This document shows positions 1-8,520 of a stretch of DNA of 32,000 bases, piece by piece; within the stretch, counting starts at the first letter, position 1, and each line of letters begins with the position of its first letter. A model generated the notes under the pieces. That model was not told the DNA's origin. It did no database searches and saw only the letters and a list, made by a program, of their open reading frames with translations. The stretch comes from a cyanobacterium endosymbiont of Epithemia turgida isolate EtSB Lake Yunoko (GTDB lineage: Bacteria; Cyanobacteriota; Cyanobacteriia; Cyanobacteriales; Microcystaceae), in NCBI RefSeq assembly GCF_000829235.1, contig NZ_AP012549.1, positions 2,070,001-2,102,000 on the forward strand, in the 5' to 3' direction. The translations under genes and the position numbers were made by a program.

Positions 1-169
1 CTAATGACCCCTCAGGATGATTAAATTCGCTTTCTACTCTGAGAAATTGATCAGTATGGGAATAATCTGGACGTTCGCCGTCGCGCCATTGCACCCCTTC
101 ATCATTAGCAATCACTTTGTCGCGACTTTGTACCCAAAGTGGTAATTTGGCTGAGTCATCGTAATCCAT
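1..169 (-). CDS. 5' part of an unidentified protein-coding gene that runs off the left edge
   Basis: ATG at 169..167 with GGAGAA 5 nt upstream (reverse complement of 170-180). 56 codons stay open to position 1 (MDYDDSAKLPLWVQSRDKVIANDEGVQWRDGERPDYSHTDQFLRVESEFNHPEGSL). Visibly more GC-rich than the adjacent spacer. Too short for the ORF track. Confidence 0.5.
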   Translation of the reverse strand, partial: MDYDDSAKLPLWVQSRDKVIANDEGVQWRDGERPDYSHTDQFLRVESEFNHPEGSL

Positions 170-517
170 TTAACTTCTCCTGTCGTCTAATCGTGGACTA
201 AAAACTCTCCTCTAAGAGGGTATTATAAAGACCATATCGTAATTATTAATTTTAGATTAAGATCTTTGTGTAAAAAAATATGAATTTTTTAACTATTAAA
301 TCGTACATTAAAATGCTATGTTCTGTAGTTTCAATAATTAATTGAGTGGATTACCTAACGAATTGCAACTGATTTCTTCTCAAAATTGAATCTGTAACTA
401 ACCTAACTTACCAAATATATTTTTTTTATCACTATAAGAAGGGTAAATCTGTAAAATAAACACATATAGCTTTTGGTAAATGCGTCAGGTTTAAATTTAT
501 AAAATTCTATGGTTTTC

Positions 518-549
518 TAGTAATGATTCTTTATGAAAAATCATTACTA
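518..549. repeat. Perfect 11-bp inverted repeat (TAGTAATGATT / AATCATTACTA) with 10-nt spacer
   Basis: Read directly: 518-528 pairs with 539-549. No adjacent U-run on either strand, so it is not a canonical terminator. Confidence 0.6.
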
Positions 550-612
550 ACGACTATGAATCGTTACATATAAAATAAAATTTATACATTTGAGTATTTA
601 TTTCTATCGGTT

Positions 613-696
613 ATGCTCAGTATTCAATTTCCTTGGCTTAGAGTCATCATCTTGATTTCCCTACTGGCAGCTTTCGCTATTCTCTATCATGCCTGA
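613..696 (+). CDS. Candidate 27-codon hydrophobic mini-ORF inside repeat copy 1 (MLSIQFPWLRVIILISLLAAFAILYHA)
   Basis: ATG..TGA frame; one hydrophobic helix-length segment; no clear Shine-Dalgarno. The homologous regions of the other two repeat copies are not intact ORFs. Confidence 0.2.
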   Translation: MLSIQFPWLRVIILISLLAAFAILYHA

Positions 697-722
697 TAAA
701 TGGAGAATTTTCGGTTTAATAG

Positions 723-800
723 TAAAATTTAATATTTTTCGCTCTTTCAATTCTGTTAGCTGAATTTTTAGGCAGTCTGATATCTAGCACTTGTTTTTTT
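723..800 (+). repeat. Dispersed intergenic repeat, copy 1 (core AATTCTGTTAGCTGAATTTTTAGGCAG ... T7)
   Basis: Aligns by eye with 14638-14715 and 8351-8438 on the same strand. In the 28-nt core block, 25 of 28 positions are identical to copy 2. Confidence 0.65.
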
Positions 801-906
801 AAAAAATTTTTCTACTTTATACTTACTTTAAGCCCAACTACCTGAATCCTACTTAAATACTCAGGTGAAGTTTCAAACCTTTTGATTATAACAATTAATT
901 AATCTC

Positions 907-942
907 ACAAGCTAAGAACAATACTTAGCTTGTTTTCTGTTT
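907..942 (+). terminator. Intrinsic terminator-like hairpin closing the copy-1 repeat unit
   Basis: 10-bp perfect stem ACAAGCTAAG (907-916) / CTTAGCTTGT (924-933), 7-nt loop, followed by TTTCTGTTT. Confidence 0.55.
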
Positions 943-1221
943 AAGCTAACTAAAACTAACACTGTAATTTAAGATAATGCAATTACCTCCATTCTCTGTA
1001 TCTGGAAATTGGCACTGAAAAGGAACCAGAGATATATGATTAAGTACACCAGGGTCAGAAGACAAGTTATTTTCTGCCTGTTTCTGGGTTACAAAATAAC
1101 AGTTACTGTCAAGGCAATACCCGTCCAGAACAATGTTTTACTTCGAGCAGGACACAGTCCAAAAAGTTTCATTGTTTAAGTCTCCTATTGTTTAACCCAC
1201 TTAGAATATTCCCATTTTTTG

Positions 1222-1263
1222 GTAATAACAGTTACCCCATACTAATTCTATTTGAGATAAAAT
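1222..1263 (+). promoter_or_regulatory. NtcA-type promoter candidate: GTA-N8-TAC, 22-nt gap, TAAAAT
   Basis: GTAATAACAGTTAC at 1222-1235 and TAAAAT at 1258-1263, the spacing of class II NtcA-activated promoters. In AT-rich DNA of this length a few such matches are expected by chance. Confidence 0.3.
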
Positions 1264-1640
1264 CTACTGTATCTGAAATTATGTTGAAGAAATCACGGAA
1301 TATTTATTATTTAACAAAGCTTATCCTCCAGAAGCTAGTTTTATTTCTATAGATAATCTTGGTGTCATGACAAAGTAACAGAAAGGTGGATACACAATTC
1401 AAGTAAAGCTTCTAAATATTTTTCTCCATTTTACCCCAAAAAACTCTAGTCAAGATGCCTATAGATTCAATTTAATGATATTAATTTAGTTAATAAACTA
1501 TGAACTTGTAGATTTAAAATACAATCTAAAAAACCAGATATTTTTAGTAGCCAATAATAAAAGATAGATTTGTAAAGTCTTTAAAGACTACAAAAAACTC
1601 ATAAAAAATGGGTAATAAGTAAATTGTTTATAACTTCAAC

Positions 1641-3980
1641 ATGACTATTTTATTAGACTTAGATCTTTCGGAAAAACTACAACAACTCCGCAATAGTTTG
1701 CGCCCTGGACAAAGACAGTTGGCAGATTGGGAAAGGGGAGAAATGGCCATATCCGCAGTTCCTGGAGCAGGTAAATCTCATAGTTTGGCAGTAGCGGCGA
1801 CTATCATGATCGGACGCTATAAATTACACTCTAAAAAACAACTGATTATCGTGACTTATACCCGTTCTGCGGCAGCTGGCATTAAAGTTAAGATTAAAAG
1901 ATGTTTGAAGGAATTACAATTACCTCAAACAGGTTTTGTGGTACAAACTTTACACAGTTTAGCACTTAATATTGCTAGTCGCAATCCTCAGTTGTCTCAG
2001 CTCAACTTAGACACCGCTACTATTGTTACTCCTACCCCTAGTCATCGTATTATTCGGACTTCCGTAGAAGAGTGGATTAATGCTAACCCTCACCACTATC
2101 AAGTTTTATTACAAGGATTCCAATTTGATGGAGAAGAAACGGAAAAACTACGTCGTCAATCGGTATTACGTACTGAAGTTTTACCTAAACTAGCTCACAT
2201 CATTATCCGTGAAGCTAAAAGTTCAGGACTTTCTCCCCAAGAGGTAGCACGATTAAGTGAATATTCGGCGTATCATTATAATATTTTAGGAATAGGAGCA
2301 GGATTATATCAACAGTATGAAAAAGTGATGCAATCACTCGATTTTATTGATTATGATGACATAACCTTAGCATCTTTACGGGTTTTAGAAAATAAAAATA
2401 TTCGTAATCGCTGGCAACAAGAAACTTTTGCCGTTTTTGAAGATGAAGCTCAAGATTCTAGCCCACTTCAAGAAAAATTAATTAGCTTATTAGCTCAAGA
2501 TTCAAACCATTCTGACAATCCACCCAATTTAATTCGAGTCGGTGATCCTAATCAAGCAATTAATTCTACTTTCACTCCTGCTGATCCTGTTTATTTTAAT
2601 TGGTTTTGTAACCGCTGTAAAGATCAAAACAATTTAGTCATTATGAATCAAGCTGGACGTAGTAGTAAAGTTATTATTGATGCAGCTAACTTCACTCTAA
2701 GTTGGGTTAATAGTCAATGGATAAATGAAACAAAAAATAGTCAAAAAATTGAGTTAAATAAAACTTTTTTAGATTTAACTGAAGAACATATTCCTTTTCG
2801 TCAACAGGATATTCATCCAGTCAAAAAAAATACTCTTCATGCTAACCCTAAATCTGTAGGAAAAGGGTTAGAAATTTATACACCAAAAGATATATATACA
2901 ACCGTTAAATTAATAGAAAAAAGAGTTATCAAACTTTTGAAAAACAACCCTAAACATAGTTCAGCTATTTTAGTCAGAGAAAACCGTCAAAGTCAATTTT
3001 TAGTAAAAAATTTAACTCATTTAAGAAATGATCACGGAATTAAAATATATGAAGTAGGAGAAGCAGAGAGATTCTCTAAAATTCCTGAAGAAATACTTAG
3101 AATATTACAATTCATTGATCGTCCTCATTCCGCAGAATATTTAAAATCAGCCTTAGGAATTTTAGAAAAACGAGATTTAATTGCGTCCCAAGATCTCAAT
3201 ACATTAGTTACCTATCCCGAGAATTTTATCTATCCTAATCCCTTAATTAAGGAACAAAAACAAGAAGTATTACAAGCGCGTCATTACTGTTGTAAACTTT
3301 TACGAGCTAAATTAGAATTACCATTCTATCAACTGATCCCATTTTTAGGAATAACTCTTAAATATACAGGATCAGAATTAGCTACAGTTCAAAAACTTTC
3401 TGACCGTATCAATCGACAAGTTATAGAAAATAATTCCTTAAAAGCAACTATCAAAACCCTTCAAGAAATTGTTAGTGTTGAAGGATTTGAAGCAGTAGAA
3501 GAAGACAATGAGGATCGTTATAACAAAGCTAACCAATTGACAATCATTACTATGCATAAAGCCAAAGGATTAGATTGGGACTATGTCTTTATTCCTTTCC
3601 TACATAAAGATGTTTTACCTGGTAATCCTTGGGTTCCTACTGCGGCTAAATTTCTAGGAGATTTTGCTTTTGCAGAAGTCGCCCGCGCTCAAGTAAGGTC
3701 AGCAGTTTACAGCCAACATATCACCCAAGGATTAGTCCGGGAAATACCTGAACCTAAGAAAGCTTGGGAAGAAGCGAGAAAATTTAAAAAAGCCGAAGAA
3801 TATCGTTTACTTTATGTAGCAATGACAAGGGCAAAACGCCTATTATGGATGTCTGCTGCTCATTTGGGACCCTTTCGTTGGAATGTTTTTCAAGGGAATA
3901 AAACAATCAATCTACAATCCAAAGTTCCTTGTCCTGTTATACCAATTTTGAAGAAACAATTTCCTGAGTCAATTATGTAA
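1641..3980 (+). CDS. UvrD/REP (superfamily 1) type DNA helicase
   Basis: 779-aa ORF. Walker A-like AVPGAGKSH, DExx-like FEDEAQDSS, and C-terminal SF1 motifs ITMHKAKGLDWDYVFIP and YVAMTRAKRLLWMS. TAA stop. Confidence 0.8.
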   Translation: MTILLDLDLSEKLQQLRNSLRPGQRQLADWERGEMAISAVPGAGKSHSLAVAATIMIGRYKLHSKKQLIIVTYTRSAAAGIKVKIKRCLKELQLPQTGFVVQTLHSLALNIASRNPQLSQLNLDTATIVTPTPSHRIIRTSVEEWINANPHHYQVLLQGFQFDGEETEKLRRQSVLRTEVLPKLAHIIIREAKSSGLSPQEVARLSEYSAYHYNILGIGAGLYQQYEKVMQSLDFIDYDDITLASLRVLENKNIRNRWQQETFAVFEDEAQDSSPLQEKLISLLAQDSNHSDNPPNLIRVGDPNQAINSTFTPADPVYFNWFCNRCKDQNNLVIMNQAGRSSKVIIDAANFTLSWVNSQWINETKNSQKIELNKTFLDLTEEHIPFRQQDIHPVKKNTLHANPKSVGKGLEIYTPKDIYTTVKLIEKRVIKLLKNNPKHSSAILVRENRQSQFLVKNLTHLRNDHGIKIYEVGEAERFSKIPEEILRILQFIDRPHSAEYLKSALGILEKRDLIASQDLNTLVTYPENFIYPNPLIKEQKQEVLQARHYCCKLLRAKLELPFYQLIPFLGITLKYTGSELATVQKLSDRINRQVIENNSLKATIKTLQEIVSVEGFEAVEEDNEDRYNKANQLTIITMHKAKGLDWDYVFIPFLHKDVLPGNPWVPTAAKFLGDFAFAEVARAQVRSAVYSQHITQGLVREIPEPKKAWEEARKFKKAEEYRLLYVAMTRAKRLLWMSAAHLGPFRWNVFQGNKTINLQSKVPCPVIPILKKQFPESIM

Positions 3981-4093
3981 ATATTTACCCGGTTTAAATT
4001 ACTTAAATCTATCAACCATTAGGATAATCAAATTGTCTACAGTACTACGCAAATACGTTAAGATATTTTTTCGGAAGCAAAAATCATAAGGAT

Positions 4094-5185
4094 TTATTTA
4101 GGTTCTGAGAGGCTGATCGCTCGTCCTTGAGCCTGCAATTTAGGAATTAAATAAAGATTTTGCAATAAAACTCCTGCACCAGCTACCCAAGGAGGAACAA
4201 TTAATGCCCCCAAAATTCCTAAAATTTGAACTCCACTTAAAACCGCCAATAATTGGTATAAAGGAGAAACATTTACCGAAGATCCCACTAACAGAGGATC
4301 AAGCACATAGGTTTCTACATTTTGAATAAACAAAAATAGTAATAGAACCCAAAGAAACACCCACCCCCCTTGGGCGATTGCTACAATCAAAGCAGGAATT
4401 GAACCCAAAACTGGGCCGACAAAGGGGATTAAATTAGTAATTCCAGCAATAGTTCCTAAACCTAGAGCAAACTCGGAAATTCCTAGGAATCTTAGCCCCA
4501 AACTAATAGCTGACCCCAAAATAAATGAGATTAAAAGCCTCCCTTGAATATAACCTCCCATCCGTTGACTAATGGGAACTACCTGAGCTTCTAAACGTTC
4601 ATTCCAAGGGTAAGGAAATAAATTTACAATGCCCCCAATTAATTTTTTTGACCCTGATAACATATAACCAGAGAGCAAAACCGCTAGAATTACGTTGAAA
4701 ACTCCCCCCAGAATACCTCGTGTCACACCACCGACACCGATGATGAATTTTTGACTGTAGCTTAATGTCCAAGACACCAGAGACTGAATATCTAACAGTT
4801 GATTAATGAAATCGAGAACTTCAGGTTGAGTAAAACCCCGTATAGTAGCCCAGTTTTGGAACTCTATTTCTAAAATATCTAAATATACAGGTAATTTTTG
4901 TAATAACCGTTGGATTTGGGCAATAATTGTTGGACCTAGGATTAAAATAATTCCAGTCATTAAGGTTAATAAGCCTAAATATACAATAATTACAGCTAGC
5001 CAGGGGGTAATCCCTCGTTTTTCTAAATTTTTTACCAAAGGAGCTAGAGTAGAAGCAATAACCACCGCGATCATCAAAATTACCAAAAGATTCCGCAGTT
5101 GCCATAGTATAGTCAATAGCAAACCAGATCCTACTAGTAGTAGTAGGCTAGACGGAGAAATAGAAATTAGTCGCTTAGGTATCAT
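4094..5185 (-). CDS. AI-2E family transporter (PerM/UPF0118-like permease)
   Basis: 363-aa ORF, hydrophobic throughout, with the family-typical segment NLIPFVGPVLGSIPALIVA. Family assignment is from memory of the family, not a search. Confidence 0.75.
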   Translation of the reverse strand: MIPKRLISISPSSLLLLVGSGLLLTILWQLRNLLVILMIAVVIASTLAPLVKNLEKRGITPWLAVIIVYLGLLTLMTGIILILGPTIIAQIQRLLQKLPVYLDILEIEFQNWATIRGFTQPEVLDFINQLLDIQSLVSWTLSYSQKFIIGVGGVTRGILGGVFNVILAVLLSGYMLSGSKKLIGGIVNLFPYPWNERLEAQVVPISQRMGGYIQGRLLISFILGSAISLGLRFLGISEFALGLGTIAGITNLIPFVGPVLGSIPALIVAIAQGGWVFLWVLLLFLFIQNVETYVLDPLLVGSSVNVSPLYQLLAVLSGVQILGILGALIVPPWVAGAGVLLQNLYLIPKLQAQGRAISLSEPK

Positions 5186-5956
5186 AGTTTTATTAAACTC
5201 AAATTGGTTTATAAGAAGCTAGTTAGGTATTTCAAGCCACAACTATGGATCATCCCACTATAATTATCCCATTGTTGTTGTTACCAGTGATGTTTTTCCA
5301 TCGTTGCCTCTTGAGTTTTTTCCATAAACCGACGGCGAATTTTTTAATATTTAGTCTATTATCTAGAGATAAATATTTTATTATTTAGCCATTTTGCATG
5401 GACTACATTAGTAATTAAAGGAGTTATGACAGCTCTTTTTATCGTCAATATTATCAGAATCATCGTCCGATTTATGATACAAAGAGTTTAAGGTTAAAGG
5501 ACTATAAAAAAATAACCGATAGATATGTATGGTTGGTCTTAAAAGAAGCTGCAATAATTTTGTATAAATCATTTAATCTAAAATATTTTTTAACTTTATC
5601 ATTAGTCACTGTAGCTCTTGACTGTTAGTGAAAATCTTTAGTTTTCAATTCTTCTATAATAGACTCATAAATATTGTTAATGGAACGGCAACGTATCCTT
5701 GTTCAACCAACTGGAATATTGAGGTTTTGCTCATTGAGCTAATTTTTTATTCTCATAAATAACCTGAAAAAAGTCTAAATTAATTTCATCCACTGCTATT
5801 ATTGATTTTGTTTTAAATTTTTTATTTTCTAGACCATTAAACTTTTTAAGTTCTCTTCTGTTCTCATTTTCTATAAGTAGTCTATGGTTGTATCTGACAT
5901 AACAACTAACCTTGATATAATCGTACTCTTTTTATAGATTGACACAATGATTGTTT

Positions 5957-5994
5957 ACCTTGATAAATTACGGCGGTAATAAATTTATCAAGGT
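5957..5994. repeat. Perfect 13-bp inverted repeat (ACCTTGATAAATT / AATTTATCAAGGT) with 12-nt spacer
   Basis: 5957-5969 pairs with 5982-5994. No flanking U-run on either strand. Confidence 0.6.
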
Positions 5995-6426
5995 TGTTTG
6001 GAACTGATGCCAAGGAATAGAAAGATAACATTCCTCATACTGATTAAAACAAGTTTTAAAGTATCAAGAAATCTTCTAAACAATTTCTTCTTGAAGGGGT
6101 TTAAAATATCAGTATTTTTTTGGGGTTAAGATTTTATCCTTGATAGGATCTACAAATTTTATTGATAACTAAAATATTATTTACACCCAGTTTTTATAAA
6201 CTGAGAGCTGTTGCTAATCTCACTGGGAAAAATCTAAATAATTAAAAAATTATAAACCTTTTTGGGTTAAGTATTAGACTTTAAAGTTATGTTGGTTACT
6301 CTCAATTATTTTAGACAGTAAGATAACTTTTTTAACAGATGGATTTTGTCATCAGCTAAAAAAACTAATTTTTAACTTGAATCTTCCTATTTTTCTTCTT
6401 ATTTAAATTATCAATGTCAATGCTTG

Positions 6427-6975
6427 TTAGTCATTAATTTTCACAGCTCCTGCACGGCAATCTCGTAACCATAAACGAATACCTTGCCCAATTGGCCCAT
6501 TACTAGCGTCTTTAGGAGGTAAGGGAAGACCTCCATCATCAAAAGACGCTAATTGGGAAAATAATATTACTGATCGCCACCCTTTCTCCGTTTGAGTTAG
6601 AAATAGCCAATAATAATTTTCTAGATGAACCAGACTTTCTTCTCCATATTGGCGTTCTAAGGTGGTAAAAAAGACTTGTTGAGTTGTATCTTCAAAAACA
6701 GGTTGATATTGCAGATTAGTCAGGGGTAATGGCTCAAATTCTGGACTCCCTGACACTAAAATATATAGTGATGGAGGAAAAGGACGATTACGTAATCTTT
6801 CTCGTTGAATCACCCTGTTAGCGTAACTAGGTAAATCTTTCAACATCAACTCAGTTAACCTTTCAAGATCGGATGGGCAAGAAGTTGACTTAGGATTGTT
6901 TTGAGAATAAACCTCTGATAATTGGCTTAAGCAACCTACTGTTATTAACAGTCCTATCAATGTTCGTCTCATCAT
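6427..6975 (-). CDS. Hypothetical exported protein, translationally coupled to pyrF
   Basis: The ORF track gives 6427..7008. I prefer the ATG at 6975..6973 because it forms an ATGA overlap with the pyrF TGA (6974..6972) and gives a signal-peptide-like start, [18 protein letters not shown]. No family recognised. Confidence 0.6.
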   Translation of the reverse strand: MMRRTLIGLLITVGCLSQLSEVYSQNNPKSTSCPSDLERLTELMLKDLPSYANRVIQRERLRNRPFPPSLYILVSGSPEFEPLPLTNLQYQPVFEDTTQQVFFTTLERQYGEESLVHLENYYWLFLTQTEKGWRSVILFSQLASFDDGGLPLPPKDASNGPIGQGIRLWLRDCRAGAVKIND

Positions 6976-7673
6976 CCTATTTCTAATTCTTCGCAAATTT
7001 TCTCCCATGCTGCTATTGGATCATTTGCCATTGTAATAGGACGGCCAATAACTAAATAATCTGCCCCCGCTTTTATTGCCTCCGAAGGAGTCATTACCCG
7101 TCGCTGATCTCCATTATAAAACCAACTTGGTCGTATCCCTGGACAAACCAGCAAGAAATCGTTCCCACATACCTGCCGTAGTTGACTGACTTCCCTAGGA
7201 GAACAAACTGCTCCATTTAAACCATACTTTTGGGCAAAAATAGCCATATATAGGACGTATTTGGGTAAATCTAGGGAAACTTTGAGGTCAAAAGCTAACT
7301 CTCGCACATTTAAACTAGTCAGCAAAGTTATGGCTAATAATTGAGGACGAGATGCAGTATTATTAATAGCTTTTGTAGCTGCTTTTAGGGCGGTTTGTCC
7401 TGCTGTGGCATGAAGGGTAAGAAAATCTACCCCATATTCACTGGCACTACGACAAGCTCCCGCTACAGTGTTAGGAATATCGTGGAATTTGAGGTCTAGA
7501 AAAATGCGTTTTTTTCGTTCTTTGAGAATAGTCAGAATACTTGGTCCAGTAGCTGTAAACAATTCTAGTCCTACTTTCCAAAAACTGACTTGAGGCAATT
7601 TATCTAAAAGCGTGATCGCCTCAGTTAAATTGGGAACATCTAGGGGAACAATAACCTGATTAGCCGGTGACAT
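6972..7673 (-). CDS. pyrF: Orotidine 5'-phosphate decarboxylase
   Basis: 233 aa; [11 protein letters not shown] motif and C-terminal LVIGRPI typical of OMP decarboxylase. Confidence 0.9.
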   Translation of the reverse strand: MSPANQVIVPLDVPNLTEAITLLDKLPQVSFWKVGLELFTATGPSILTILKERKKRIFLDLKFHDIPNTVAGACRSASEYGVDFLTLHATAGQTALKAATKAINNTASRPQLLAITLLTSLNVRELAFDLKVSLDLPKYVLYMAIFAQKYGLNGAVCSPREVSQLRQVCGNDFLLVCPGIRPSWFYNGDQRRVMTPSEAIKAGADYLVIGRPITMANDPIAAWEKICEELEIG

Positions 7674-8350
7674 TATGTTTAGATGACGTCAATATAATTA
7701 ACATACTAATCTTAAAAGTTGTAAATTGTCATTGACCATTCTCTTTCTCTCCTTAAAATCTAACCTAGATCAGTAGCTCTAAATAAACATAAAAAAACAA
7801 TACATTTTGTGTTTTTATATTCTAAGCACTTATAGTTCAAATATTATTACTTTAATAGATATTTTTTATATAAATTATTTTGCGCAATACTTTAAACTGC
7901 TTTAGCCAAATTATCTCTAAACATCCTTACGTCAATTTTATTTACTTTTGTTTGCTGCCACTCTTCTTATATTATATTTTATCCTAGATTAGGAGGAGGT
8001 TTTTAAAACAATAGATACAACATTTTATCCTCTCATTGTTTCACTTTGACTCTAACTAAAATACTTGTATGCACTGAGTTATTATCAATAATGTTTATTT
8101 TATTCCTTTTTCTTTGCAATTTCTCTTTGGGTTACATACTGATATCATATTCTGTATTATTCTTTATTTTCACTTTTTAAAAAATTCTATAATCTTTTTT
8201 TTAGCATAATTTATATAAAAATAATTATCATAACTATTTTTATATAAGATGGTATTTCTGCCTAATCTACAATTTATTTGACTTTTTTTCTCTTGTATTT
8301 AAACACAAAATTTATAATCTTGTCAGGGAAAAATTTTTAAAATCGCTAGT

Positions 8351-8438
8351 AAACTTTAACAATACTTGTTCTTCTAATTGTATTATCTTAATTTTTAGGC
8401 ACACTGGTATCTAAGTAATGATTGCTTGGTAGTTTTTT
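8351..8438 (+). repeat. Dispersed intergenic repeat, copy 3 (CTAATTGTATTATCTTAATTTTTAGGCAC ... T6)
   Basis: Same-strand alignment with copies 1 and 2 (24 of 29 core positions identical to copy 2). Ends 82 nt upstream of the sqdX start. Confidence 0.6.
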
Positions 8439-8478
8439 CTATTTAACATTTATTTAAACTCACTTACTTGGAGGTACC

Positions 8479-8486
8479 GCGATCGC
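8479..8486. repeat. HIP1 octamer GCGATCGC
   Basis: Exact match. A second exact copy is at 13151-13158, inside the M56 peptidase gene. Confidence 0.9.
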
Positions 8487-8520
8487 CTATATTACTATTT
8501 GTCCCCGAATAGTTAATCTT

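Noticed and set aside
4821-5105. 94-aa ORF on the minus strand inside the AI-2E transporter gene
   Set aside because: It lies entirely within the longer, family-recognisable 4094..5185 gene in another frame. Low-complexity composition marks it as a shadow ORF.
5426-5491. 21-codon hydrophobic ORF behind AAAGGAG (possible type I toxin-like peptide)
   Set aside because: The purine-rich motif ends only 2 nt before the ATG, which is too close. There is no partner antisense-RNA structure or repeat. It is within chance expectation.
5640-5940. 66-codon stop-free frame on the minus strand without a start codon
   Set aside because: A rough composition-based estimate suggests several such frames arise by chance in about 13 kb of spacer, and no family resemblance was seen.
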